Source: an uncultured Acidimicrobiaceae bacterium (lineage in GTDB: Bacteria > Actinomycetota > Acidimicrobiia > Acidimicrobiales > RAAP-2). From it: a DNA stretch of 64,000 nucleotides. Within the stretch, counting starts at the first letter, position 1; every line of letters starts with the position of its first letter. The notes under the pieces were generated by a model. It was given only the letters and a program-made list of their open reading frames with translations. It made no database searches and was not told the origin of the DNA. The stretch is taken from contig CAVZGR010000006.1 in the NCBI GenBank assembly GCA_963774915.1, positions 13,463 through 77,462 of the forward strand, given 5' to 3'. The position numbers and the translations under genes are program-made. This document shows positions 37,440-47,409 of the stretch, one piece after another.

Positions 37440-38510
37440 TCACGCAGCTCGGTGGCCGCCCGGAGATCGACGGCGGAACCCGCCGCCGCACGAGGACGCC
37501 CCTTCGCCTTGGCTGCCTTGCGTCGGCGCTCGCCCTCGCGAGGGTGCGCCCGTCGCCCGTTCACGCAGGCGGGCCCGTTCTTCGGCGACGCGCTCACGAG
37601 CCCGCACCACGTAGCCCTCGTCGGTGTCGAAGCCCACGAAGTGCCGCTCGGTGCGCACGGCGGCGACGGCCGTCGTGCCCGAGCCCATGAAGGGGTCGTA
37701 CACGAGGTCACCGCGGTACGTGTAGAGCTCGATCAGCCGGCGGGGCAGCTCGACGGGGAAGGGAGCCGGATGGCCGACCCGGCTGGCTGACTCGGATGGG
37801 ATGTCCCAGAGGTCGAGGGTGGCGTCCACGAACTCGTCCTTGGTCACGGTGGCTTCGGCCGGGAGGCCGGCGGCGCGTCGGTCGGTCGCCCCGAGGGCAC
37901 GGTCGAACCGACCTTTGGAGGCGATGACCACTCGTTCGGTGATGTCGCGCAAGACGGGATTGGCCGGTCGCTGGTAGGTGCCCCAGGCGCACGATCCACC
38001 GGCCGCGTGTCCCTTCTGCCAGATGATCTCGCCTCGCATGAGGAACCCGAGGCGTTCGAGGATGTCGATGGTGTCCCGTGAGAGGGAGCGGTAGGGCTTG
38101 CGGCCGAGGTTGGCGACGTTGACGGCGATGCGACCACCCGGCTCGAGCTTCTCGAAGCAGCGGCGGAACACGTCGTGCAGCATTCCGAGATAGGCGGCGT
38201 AGTCGGCCGGTACGTGCCCGACGCCCAGCACTGCTTCGTACTCCTTGCCGGCGAAGTAGGGCGGCGAGGTCACGACCAGGGCGACCGAACCGTCGGCGAT
38301 GCGTCCGTGGCTGTCGGGATCGCGGGCGTCACCGACCCAGATCTCGTCGCGCGCCGCTGCCGGGGTGATCCGCGAATCATCCGACAGCCGGGGCGGGGTG
38401 AAGCGTGCGTAGAAGGTGGAGGCGTCGTGCGCCTCACGGCGACTGACCCCGAAGGCGGAGGTGGCGGTGGGACGCCGCCGCGAGGGACGGACCGGCTCGA
38501 CGTTGCTCAC
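37440..38510 (-). CDS. Beta-class DNA amino-methyltransferase (N4-cytosine type suggested by the SPPY motif)
   Basis: Motif IV ALVVTSPPYFAG precedes motif I VYDPFMGSGTTAVAA, which is the beta-class order. A typical ParB-less N4/N6 MTase core follows (EPGGRIAVNVANL, IIWQK, HPAPFPVELPRRLI). The last ~40 codons are Arg/Gly/Ser low complexity, so the true C-terminus is doubtful. Confidence 0.85.
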   Translation of the reverse strand: MSNVEPVRPSRRRPTATSAFGVSRREAHDASTFYARFTPPRLSDDSRITPAAARDEIWVGDARDPDSHGRIADGSVALVVTSPPYFAGKEYEAVLGVGHVPADYAAYLGMLHDVFRRCFEKLEPGGRIAVNVANLGRKPYRSLSRDTIDILERLGFLMRGEIIWQKGHAAGGSCAWGTYQRPANPVLRDITERVVIASKGRFDRALGATDRRAAGLPAEATVTKDEFVDATLDLWDIPSESASRVGHPAPFPVELPRRLIELYTYRGDLVYDPFMGSGTTAVAAVRTERHFVGFDTDEGYVVRARERVAEERARLRERATGAPSRGRAPTQGSQGEGASSCGGGFRRRSPGGHRAA

Positions 38511-38693
38511 GTGGGTCCGGCCGTGGCCGGCCGGCCGAGAGTCTGACCCTGGGGCATGACCGGGATCCTAGGGAAAGGCGGTGACAACGGCCGGATCACA
38601 CCTGTCCGTCCATGACCCAGACGCTATCGGCGGGTGGCTTCTGCCGCGAGGGATGTCACGCTCGCCCGGCCCCGCCGGACCTGGGCGCGCCGG

Positions 38694-39991
38694 TCAGGAG
38701 GCGTCGAGCCGCTCGCTCACCGCTTCGCCGGCCATGACGCAATGGCCGAGCGAGGCGCAGCTGACCGCGGCCACCGGCTGGGGCACGGCGACGGTGGCGG
38801 TGTGCTTCCAGGGACTGCCGTTTCCGGTCAGCACGACGAGGCCGGCCTCCGGCGCGGTGGCGACCGAGGTGCCGACGGTCGCGCACGATCCGGCCGTCGG
38901 GCAGGAGACGTCGGTGAAGGAGGCCGCGGTGGCCGGCACCCGCTCGACGGTCCAGCTCGAGCCCCCGTTGGTGGTGGTGAGGATGAGACCACGTCCGGAC
39001 CGCGTGGCGTTGACCGTGGTGGAGGTGGTCCCGACGACCGTGCAGTCGAATCCGGCAACACCCGGGAGGGTGTGGTCGTGGTCGGCGGTACGACGGTGGT
39101 GGTCGTTGTCGGCGCCGTCGTGGCGGCCGACGGTGCGCCCGGTGCCGACACCGTCGTCGTGGTCGCACCCGGCGCAACGGTTGTGGAGGTTGCCCCGAAC
39201 GGCAAGGAACTGGACGATTTGACCGCGCTCGAGCAGGTCAACCCGTTGAGCGTGCCCGTGCCGGGCGGGAGCGGCACCCCCGTCCAGGTGGTGCCGAAGT
39301 TCGTCGTGTAGGCGACCGAACCGGCGATGTTGTCGACGCCGATGGTGTTCGCGCCCGTCACCCAGCAGTCCTCGTCATCGGCACAGGAGATGTCGGTGGC
39401 ATCCGACGTGCCCGGCGGCAGGAGACCCACGGTTTGCCACGTGCCATCCGGCTGCAAGGCGACGGCGACGGCACCGGTGGGGCCGCTGGCCACGGCCAGG
39501 CAGCGGCCGCTCGGCCGGCAGGTCACCGCCGTGACGTCCGTCGTGCCGGCAATGGGCGGTGGACCACCCCACACCCGCCCACCATCGCTGGTGACGAGGG
39601 CCACACCCTCCATGCCGAGCGCCGTGGTGGTCTCGCCAACGGCCACGCAGTGGGTGGCGTCACGGCAGGAGATCGACGACAGGTAGCCGATCGTGATCGG
39701 GATGCCGTCTGACGTCCAGGTCGCCCCCCCGTTCTTGGTGGCCAGAATGACCGCGCCGAGGGCGTTGCCGCCGCCTCCCTCCGTCGATCCCGTCGCCCAG
39801 CAGGACGATGTCGTCGGACAGCTGACCGAGCTGATGGAGTTGACCGTCAACGGCAGGTCGACCGAGTTGAAGGAACCGACCCAGGGCGTGGCGGTGGCGA
39901 TGAGGCCGATGGGTGGGGCCGAGTCGTGTTGACCGATCGAGCTGCAGGCGGTGGTCGACAGCACCACCACCACGGCCACCGGAACGGTCAA
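38694..39991 (-). pseudogene. Lipoprotein with Ycf48/BNR-like beta-propeller repeats carrying paired cysteines, one frameshift in the Thr/Pro linker
   Basis: N-terminus VVVVLSTTACSS. Repeats include ISSVSCPTTSSCWATG...ATKNGGATWT, LSSISCRDATHCVAVG...TSDGGRVW, VTAVTCRPSGRCLAVA and DISCADDEDCWVTG...TTNFGTTWT, followed by a T/P-rich linker. The frame switches near 39070. It continues FDCTVVGTTS...TTTNGGSSWT...FTDVSCPTAGSCATVG...VSCASLGHCVMAGE*. Confidence 0.7.
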
Positions 39992-40079
39992 GCTCCTCCA
40001 TCGGACACCGCCCGACGCAGAGCCGCGCCAGTCGGATCCCGTACCGCCCCGCCGTCGGCACCCGATCAGATCCCTGTGG

Positions 40080-40810
40080 TCAGCGGACCTTGATGACCAC
40101 GGTGTGGGCCGCCTTGTCGTGGAAGCCCTGCTTCCGACTGTCCCAAAGCGGGGAGAGGCCGGCGACGATGGTGTAGAGGCCGGCGAGCAGGCCGAGCACG
40201 GGAATCCAGATCAGGATGAGCCCGGGCTCGAGGACCAGGATGCGAAGGGCCGCTCGTTGGGGTCCGATGGCGCCTCCCGACGTCTCGTCCCGGACGGCGA
40301 TGCCGAAGACCATCTGACCCAAGGTTTGGCCGTTCGCTCGCTGCCGTTCAGGAAGGCGAAGTAGGCGATGTCGACGACGGTGAAGATAAGGCTGATGATG
40401 ACGACCCCGGCCACCAGGTGCGGTGCCGACCAGCGAACTGTTGTCGTGGCGGACGAAGACGGCGATGAGGATCGTAGGGCAGGATGCCGAGAATGATGCC
40501 GTCGAGGAAGATGGCGCCGAAGCGGAGCCACCAGCCGGAGAGCGGACGCCCTTGGTTGTCGACCGGCTGTGGGGCGGGGCCGTAGGTATACGGCGAGGCA
40601 GGCCCGGGAGGTGGAGCGGGGGAACCGTATCCGGAGCCGGGCGGGGCAGGAGCGGTCGATCCATAGGCCGGGCGGCGCTGGCGGGTTGCCGCCCAGAGGT
40701 GGTGCCGGCGGAGGCGGGGCGGGGGGTGCCGGCGGTGGCGGTGGCGGCGGTGCGGCTGGGACCGTGAGCTCGTCGTCGGGTCCGTCGCTGGGCGGTGTGA
40801 CGTCGGTCAC
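40080..40810 (-). pseudogene. RDD-family membrane protein with Pro-rich N-terminus, 4 frameshifts
   Basis: The path through three frames is VTDVTPPSDGPDDELTVPAAPPPPPPPAPP... / YGSTAPAPPGSGYGSPAPPPGP...GRPLSGWWLRFGAIFLDGIILGIL / PTILIAVFVRHDNSSLVG / APHLVAGVVIISLIFTVVDIAYFAFLNGSER / GQTLGQMVFGIAVRDE...LSPLWDSRKQGFHDKAAHTVVIKVR*. The switches are near 40675, 40475, 40425 and 40330. Confidence 0.75.
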
Positions 40811-41012
40811 CGGTCGGACCCCTCGGATCGTGGGCCTCGGGCGGCAGCAGAACGGTCAAAAACCATGGTCAGGACAGATCTTGCCACGTCGACGCCTGCC
40901 GGGCTGCGATGATGCCGAGCGCCGGCTGCGGCCGTCTACCGTGGCTGGGTGGCCCCCTCCGCCTCGTCGTGCTGACCCGGCCGCAGCCGTACGCGAGACC
41001 ACGCCGACCGAT

Positions 41013-42186
41013 ATGAACCTTGTCGACCTCGTCGTCATCGTCCTTCTCATCTTGTCGGCCATCCATGGCCTCCGGCTGGGCGCCATCGTCCAGATCCTCT
41101 CCTACGGCGGTTTCCTCGTCGGCCTCTTCCTTGGTGCGCTGTTGGCGTCGGTGACCGTCCACAACGTGAACGGCCAGACCGCCCGCACGCTCGTCTCGCT
41201 CGGAACCATGCTCGGTGTGGCTGTCTTCCTGGCCACCATCGGGAGGGTGGTGGGCACCGTGGCCTTCCACCGGGTCCACCGCGGCGTACTCGGGTCCGGT
41301 CGACTCCGGGCTCGGCGTCGTGGTCGCGCTGGTGGCCACTCTGTTGGCCGCCTGGCTGGTGGCCAACACCTTGGTCAACAGCTCCTCCTTGGCTCTCAAC
41401 TCGGCCATCTCGCAGTCCCGCATACTGCGGGCCGTCGACAACGTGCTCCCGGCTCCGCCGTCTGTCTTCTCCCGCGTGCAGAGCTTCCTGTCCGCCGAGG
41501 GTTTCCCGCCGGTGTTCGCCCAGCTGGCGCCGGCCTCGGCCGGGCCGGTGTCGCTGCCCGGGAACGCTGAATTGCAAGCTGCCGCGAACCGAGCCGGGCC
41601 TTCGACGGTCAAGATCGTGGGGGTCGGGTGCGGCCAGATCCAAGAGGGATCCGGGTTCGTCGTCGCACCCGGCGAGGTGGTGACCAACGCGCACGTGGTG
41701 GCCGGCATCGCCCGCCCGCAAGTGGAAGACGATGCCGGCTTCCACCCGACCACCGTCGTCTATTTCAACCCGTCCTTCGACCTCGCCGTCCTCCGGGTCA
41801 GCGGACTGACGGAATCGCCGCTCGTCCTCGACCCCGACGGCGTCGGCCGCGGGACCGAGGCCGCCGTCCTCGGCTATCCCGGCGGCGGGCCGTTCACGGC
41901 TGATCCCGCCGGCGTCATGGCCCAGTTCGAGGCCGAGGGTCGCGACATCTACGGGCAGGGGCTCACCGTGCGGAGCGTCTACGAGATCCAGGCCGTCGTG
42001 CGCCCCGGTAACTCCGGCGGCCCACTGGTCGAGCCGGACGGCCAGGTCATCGGCGTGGTCTTCTCCCGCTCCACCACCGACGCCACCATCGGTTACGCGT
42101 TGGCTTCTCCCGGTGTGCTGTCCCGGGTGCAATCGATCGGCGGCTCGGACCGGGCTACCGGGACAGGGGCCTGCATCGCCGATTGA
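41013..42186 (+). pseudogene. CvpA-domain / trypsin-like serine protease (MarP-like), one frameshift
   Basis: The N-terminal CvpA-type TM region is MNLVDLVVIVLLILSAIHGLRLG.... The frame switches near 41297. It continues PVDSGLGVVVALVATLLAAWL, then the protease domain GSGFVVAPGEVVTNAHVV (His), FDLAVLRV (Asp), GNSGGPLV (Ser). Confidence 0.8.
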
Positions 42187-42295
42187 CGGCGGTGGCGCTC
42201 GTCGGCTGCCGGCCGAGCCAGCCCTGCTCTCATTGGCTAGTGGCCGTGTACCGATTGTCGACGTCGGAGCGGCCGGAGGCGACTAGACAAGAACC

Positions 42296-44653
42296 ATGGC
42301 GCTCCCCATCGAGGACTACGGCATCATCGGCGACCTGCACACGGCCGCGCTCGTGGGGCGGGACGGCTCCATCGACTGGCTGTGCCTGCCGCGATTCGAC
42401 TCGGGGGCTTGTTTCGCCAAGCTCCTCGGTGACGAGTCCAACGGATACTGGAAGATCGCGCCGAAGGGTGCCGGCCCCGCTCAACACCGCCACTACCGGG
42501 GCGACACGTTGGTCCTCGAGACCGAGTTCACCACCGACGAAGGCACGGTCCGCATCGTCGACTGCATGCCCATCCGCCAGCAGCACCCCGAGGTCATCCG
42601 TGTGGTCGAGGGCGTCATGGGCAAGGTCACGATGGTCATGGAGCTGGTCATGCGCTTCGACTACGGCCAAGTCGTCCCGTGGGTCCGTCGGCTCGACGGA
42701 CTGATCACGGCCACGGCCGGCCCCGACGCCCTCTCGCTGTTCACCCCGGTCGAGACGCAGGGGCGCGATCTATCGACGATCGCCGAGTTCACGGTGTCCG
42801 AGGGGCAACGACGGCAGTTCTCACTCAGCTGGTTCCCGGCCAACGAGGAACCGCCTCGGCCCATCGACGCCACCTATGCCGTCCGGGACACCGAGCTCTG
42901 GTGGACCGACTGGTCGGCGCAGTGTACGTATACCGGCGAGCACAAAGACGCGGTCATGCGCTCCCTCATCACCTTGAAGGCGCTGACCTACGCCCCGACG
43001 GGCGGGATCGTGGCCGCCGCCACCACCTCGTTACCCGAGACGCTCGGCGGCGTGCGCAACTGGGACTACCGCTTCTGCTGGCTACGCGATGCCACGCTCA
43101 CGCTCGAGTCGCTCATGCGCGGCGGGTACTACGAGGAAGCCATGGATTGGCGCAACTGGCTGCTGCGAGCGGCGGCCGGCGATCCTTCCCAGCTTCAGAT
43201 CATGTACGGCGCCGGTGGCGAGCGACGGCTCGACGAGTGGGAGGTCGACTGGCTACCCGGTTACGAGAACTCGACGCCCGTACGCATCGGCAACGCGGCT
43301 GCCGGGCAGTTCCAGCTCGACGTGTACGGCGAGCTCATGTCCGCCCTCTACGAGTCGTGTCATCCGGCCAATACCTCCGACGAGTCGGCATGGGAGTTCC
43401 AGTCCTCCTTGATGGGCTTCTTGGAGTCCGGGTGGCGAGAGCCCGATGACGGGATTTGGGAAGTTCGCGGGCCGAGACGGCACTTCACTCACTCGAAGGT
43501 CATGGCCTGGGTGGCGATGGACCGAGCCATCAAGTCCATCGAGCAGTATCACGTCGAGGGTCCGATCGATCGTTGGCGCAAGATTCGCCAGGAGATCTTC
43601 GATCAGGTCTGCAATGAGGGCTTCAATGTCGACAAGGGTTCGTTCACCCAGTACTACGGGTCGGACAACCTCGACGCCAGCCTGCTCATGATCCCGCTCG
43701 TCGGGTTCCTACCGGCTCACGACGCGAGGATGCGGGGCACCATCGAGGCCATCGAGCGCGAGCTTCTGCAGGGCGGGTTCGTCCTCCGCTACAACACCGA
43801 CGAGGCCGCCCAGGTCGACGGTCTCGCCGGACGAGAAGGCGCCTTCCTCGCTTGCTCCTTCTGGCTCAGCGACTGCCTTTCCTTGCTCGGCCGAGATCAT
43901 GACGCCCGGCAGATGCTCGATCGCCTCATCGGACTGCGCAACGACCTCGGTCTACTATCCGAGGAGTACGACCCAGTGGCCGGCCGCCTCGTCGGCAACT
44001 TCCCACAGGCTTTCTCGCACGTCTCGCTGGTCAACTCGGCGTCGAAGCACGGCGGCCACGAGAAGCCCTCCTCCGACCGCATGGTGCTGGGCCTGGCTAG
44101 TCAGTCGTTCCGTCGCAACCGGCCCGGCGTGCCGGGAAAGCACATGACCAACGAAGCGGCGCGCTCCATGCTCACCCGCCTCGTGGAGCACCGCGACCGG
44201 ACCAAGGACGATGACGTGGCCCACGTCTTGCGGCGGGCCGTGAACGCCACCGAAGCCGTGCCCGGCAGTGATGGGGCGACGTCCGATCCCGGCGCCAAGA
44301 CCGGTTCCTCGGCCAAGAAGACGGCCGCGGCCAAGGACGGGTCGAAGAGGCGAGCGGCGCCGACGCGGAAGAAGGCGGCTACGTCGACCAAGGCGGCCAG
44401 ATCGGCCAAATCGGCCAAATCGGCCAAGGCCGCCAAGGCCACCGCGAGCAGGAGGTCAGCCACGCCGGCGCGAAAGGCGCAGGCCCCCGCGGCCCGCAAA
44501 GGTGGTCGTACGTCGACCAAGTCGGCAGCCACCGCAAAAGCGTCCGGTGTCACGAAGGCAGCCGGCGTCACCAAGGCAGCCGGAGCGAAGACCGGCGTCC
44601 GCGCCAAAAAGAGCGCCACCACCACGACGGCGGCACGCTCGCGGCGCTCGTGA
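42296..44653 (+). CDS. GH15 glycoside hydrolase (glucoamylase/trehalase-type) with a ~120-aa Lys/Ala/Thr-rich basic C-terminal tail
   Basis: IEDYGIIGDLHTAALVGRDGSIDWLCLPRFDS, SLPETLGGVRNWDYRFCWLRDA, DGIWEVRG, FPQAFSHVSLV. The tail reads ...AKKTAAAKDGSKRRAAPTRKKAATSTKAARSAKSAKSAKAAKA...GVTKAAGVTKAAGAKTGVRAKK.... Confidence 0.85.
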   Translation: MALPIEDYGIIGDLHTAALVGRDGSIDWLCLPRFDSGACFAKLLGDESNGYWKIAPKGAGPAQHRHYRGDTLVLETEFTTDEGTVRIVDCMPIRQQHPEVIRVVEGVMGKVTMVMELVMRFDYGQVVPWVRRLDGLITATAGPDALSLFTPVETQGRDLSTIAEFTVSEGQRRQFSLSWFPANEEPPRPIDATYAVRDTELWWTDWSAQCTYTGEHKDAVMRSLITLKALTYAPTGGIVAAATTSLPETLGGVRNWDYRFCWLRDATLTLESLMRGGYYEEAMDWRNWLLRAAAGDPSQLQIMYGAGGERRLDEWEVDWLPGYENSTPVRIGNAAAGQFQLDVYGELMSALYESCHPANTSDESAWEFQSSLMGFLESGWREPDDGIWEVRGPRRHFTHSKVMAWVAMDRAIKSIEQYHVEGPIDRWRKIRQEIFDQVCNEGFNVDKGSFTQYYGSDNLDASLLMIPLVGFLPAHDARMRGTIEAIERELLQGGFVLRYNTDEAAQVDGLAGREGAFLACSFWLSDCLSLLGRDHDARQMLDRLIGLRNDLGLLSEEYDPVAGRLVGNFPQAFSHVSLVNSASKHGGHEKPSSDRMVLGLASQSFRRNRPGVPGKHMTNEAARSMLTRLVEHRDRTKDDDVAHVLRRAVNATEAVPGSDGATSDPGAKTGSSAKKTAAAKDGSKRRAAPTRKKAATSTKAARSAKSAKSAKAAKATASRRSATPARKAQAPAARKGGRTSTKSAATAKASGVTKAAGVTKAAGAKTGVRAKKSATTTTAARSRRS
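44399..44443 (+). repeat. 9-bp tandem repeats (A[GA]ATCGGCC x3, then AAGGCCRCC x2) encoding SAKSAKSAKAAKA
   Basis: Read directly within the GH15 tail. A further 18-bp repeat encodes GVTKAA x2 near 44540-44580. Confidence 0.8.
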
Positions 44654-45630
44654 CCGCTCCGCACCCGAACCACCATCACGAGGAGCCACTCGGTCGTCGC
44701 GGCGGGACCCGGGTAGCCGACGGCGTGATCGAGATCGACACGATGCTCGGGGGTTGGCAGAAGGTGACCGCCGGCTACCTGATCGAGGGTGACGCGCCCG
44801 TCCTCATCGAGACCGGAAGCCAGAGCTCCGTGCCCGTGCTCCTCGACGAGCTGGCTGGCCTCGGGGTGGCCGCCGACGAGCTGGCCGGGGTCGTCGTCAC
44901 CCACATCCACCTCGACCATGCCGGCGGCGTCGGTGACGTAGCCCGGGCCTTTCCCCGGGCCACCGTCTACGTGCATGCCAAGGGAGCGCGCCACCTGGCC
45001 GACCCGACCCGGCTGGTGGAGTCGGCGGCACGCGTCTACGGGCCCTTGCTCGACTCCCTCTACGGCCGCCTCGACCCCACGCCGGCCGAGCGCATCCATG
45101 TCCTCGACGACGGCGAGGAAGTTCGGGTCGCCCCCGACCGGGTGCTGGTGGCCGTCGACTCCCCCGGACATGCCAAGCACCACCTCGGGCTGCACGATTC
45201 GAGGAGCGGTCTCCTTTTCGCCGGAGACGCGGTGGGCGTCAAGCTGCCCGATGCCGGCGTCCTGCGACCCTCGACCCCACCCCCCGACTTCGACCTCGAC
45301 CAGGCACTGCACTCATTGGAGCGGTTCGCCGCCCGCCAGCCCACCGCTCTGGCCCTCGCCCACTACGGCGTGATCGCCGAGCCGGCCGAGCTGCTGGCCG
45401 AGGCGGCCGAACGACTCCGGCAATGGGCCGAGGTGGCGGAGACCGCCTTCCGGCAGGGGCTCGACATCGCCGATGCTCTGGCCGCGGCCTTCGCCTCGGA
45501 CATCGAAGGAGTCCCCGCCGAGCATCGCGAGAAGCTCGAGGTCATGAACGGCGTGCACTCGAACGCCGCCGGCTTTCACCGCTGGCTCTCGACCAGAGAT
45601 GCGGGGCCGGCTCAGTCCTCCACCGGGTAG
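44650..45630 (+). CDS. MBL-fold metallo-hydrolase
   Basis: VVTHIHLDHAGGVGD motif, and later SPGHAKHHL. The GTG start overlaps the GH15 stop as GTGA. Confidence 0.85.
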   Translation: MTAPHPNHHHEEPLGRRGGTRVADGVIEIDTMLGGWQKVTAGYLIEGDAPVLIETGSQSSVPVLLDELAGLGVAADELAGVVVTHIHLDHAGGVGDVARAFPRATVYVHAKGARHLADPTRLVESAARVYGPLLDSLYGRLDPTPAERIHVLDDGEEVRVAPDRVLVAVDSPGHAKHHLGLHDSRSGLLFAGDAVGVKLPDAGVLRPSTPPPDFDLDQALHSLERFAARQPTALALAHYGVIAEPAELLAEAAERLRQWAEVAETAFRQGLDIADALAAAFASDIEGVPAEHREKLEVMNGVHSNAAGFHRWLSTRDAGPAQSSTG

Positions 45631-47261
45631 ACGTCGCGGGCGTAGTCGTCCACCCGGTTCGGGGGTAGGCGTAGCCGCAGGGCGACGAAGTAGACGATGA
45701 GGCTCCAGACCGCCACCACCACCAGGTCCCAGTAGAAGGGGATGACGTTCCGGCCGCCGTCGAACTGGCCGAGGTACGAGATGAGGGCCATGCCGGCCAG
45801 GTAGGGCCACAGCCAGATGGCTGCCGCCCAGTCCATGGGTGGCTTGATCGGATTGGCGTTCGTGAAGCGCGAGATGCCCATGAGCACGTAGCCGAGGATC
45901 ACGGCCACGTAGAGCTTCCAGTCGGTCTCCCATCCGCTCCAGTAGATGATCCAGTTGGCCGCGATGAAAGAAGCCGGGGCCCAGAACCATGCCGCTCGCA
46001 ACCGGAACGGCCGTGGCAAGTCGGGCTTTTGATGGCGCATGGCGCCGAGGGCGAGTGGCGCTCCCGCGTACATGAGCACGGTGGCCGAGGTGATGAAGCC
46101 GACCAGTCTCTGCCATCCGGGGAAGGGCAGGAACAGAAGGAGGCCGACCAAGAAGGCGAAGATCAGCCCGTAGTAGGGAACCTGGGTCCGCTTGGTCGTC
46201 TTCTCGAACAAGGCGGGCACCTGACCGTTCTTGCTCATCCCGTAGGTGAGCCGGCTGCTCGTCGTGGTGTAGACGAGACCGGTGCCGATCGGAGCGATGA
46301 TGGCGTCGGCGTAGAGGATGTAGGCCAGCCATCCGAGGCCGAGTATCTTGGCCAACCCGGCGAAGGGGCCGAAGTCGCCGGCATAGTTCACGTCGTGCCA
46401 ACCGTGGTCCAGCGCGCCGTGCGGTAGTGCGGCGATGAACACGATCTGCAGCAGTAGGTAGATCGCCGCGCCGATGAGCATCGACCCGATGACGGCCCGC
46501 GGGATGTCGCGTTGCGGGTTGCGACTCTCACCTCCGAGTTGGACGGCCTGTTCGAAGCCAACGAGGGAGAACACGGCTCCGCCCAGGCTCACGGCCTCGA
46601 GCACCCCCCGCGAGCCGTAGGGGGCGAAGCCGTGACTGGTGAAGTTGCTGCCATGGAAGTGGGTGAGCAACAAGACGACGATGGTGAGGGTGGGGATCGT
46701 TACTTTCCACGCCGTGATGGCGTTGTTGGCCTGGAGCAGCCGACGGATGCCGTAGAGGTTCAAGATCGTGAAGAGAGCCATGAGTGCGACGGCCACCAGG
46801 TAACCCCAGCCGGTCAGCACCACGGTCCCGCCCGTCTTGTGGGCCAGGCCAGGCACGTAGTTGGCCGAGTACTGGATGGCCGCCTCGACCTCGATGGGCG
46901 CCGTCCCCGCCGCCTGCAGCCAGCTGAACCAGCCGAACGAGGCGCCGGCCAGGTTGCCGAAGGCGTAGTGAGGGAACCGGGCCGTCCCGCCGGTGACGGG
47001 GAACAGTCCGCCGAGCTCGGCATGGACGAGGGCGAGGAGGATCACGGCCACCGAACCGATGAGCCAGGCGATGACCGCAGCCGGGCCGCCGATGGTGGAG
47101 ACAGCCAGCGCGCTGAGTAGCCATCCCGAGCCGATGATCGAACCTTCGGAGGTGAACAAGAGGCCGAGGAAGCCAGCGTCTCGTTTGAGCCCGTCGGACT
47201 GCACGCCACCCTTGACGGTTGCCACCGGAGGCCCGGGGGGTCCGGCCACGCTCTCCGACAT
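45612..47261 (-). CDS. APC-superfamily amino acid permease
   Basis: About 12 TM segments. N-terminal GLLFTSEGSIIGSGWL motif. ATG 47261 (MSESVAG...) is preferred over the longer ORF. Confidence 0.85.
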   Translation of the reverse strand: MSESVAGPPGPPVATVKGGVQSDGLKRDAGFLGLLFTSEGSIIGSGWLLSALAVSTIGGPAAVIAWLIGSVAVILLALVHAELGGLFPVTGGTARFPHYAFGNLAGASFGWFSWLQAAGTAPIEVEAAIQYSANYVPGLAHKTGGTVVLTGWGYLVAVALMALFTILNLYGIRRLLQANNAITAWKVTIPTLTIVVLLLTHFHGSNFTSHGFAPYGSRGVLEAVSLGGAVFSLVGFEQAVQLGGESRNPQRDIPRAVIGSMLIGAAIYLLLQIVFIAALPHGALDHGWHDVNYAGDFGPFAGLAKILGLGWLAYILYADAIIAPIGTGLVYTTTSSRLTYGMSKNGQVPALFEKTTKRTQVPYYGLIFAFLVGLLLFLPFPGWQRLVGFITSATVLMYAGAPLALGAMRHQKPDLPRPFRLRAAWFWAPASFIAANWIIYWSGWETDWKLYVAVILGYVLMGISRFTNANPIKPPMDWAAAIWLWPYLAGMALISYLGQFDGGRNVIPFYWDLVVVAVWSLIVYFVALRLRLPPNRVDDYARDVYPVED

Positions 47262-47409
47262 CACGCCTCCCACCTGTGGCAAGGCTCTGGCAGGGTTTCG
47301 AGCTCTCGGTATCCCCTGCGGAACCGTCCCACCTCGTCGTCCGCTGCGCGGCAGCATAGAGGAGCCCCTCTCGGATTAGCTTGATCGGCGAGATGCGCCA
47401 TGGACACCG

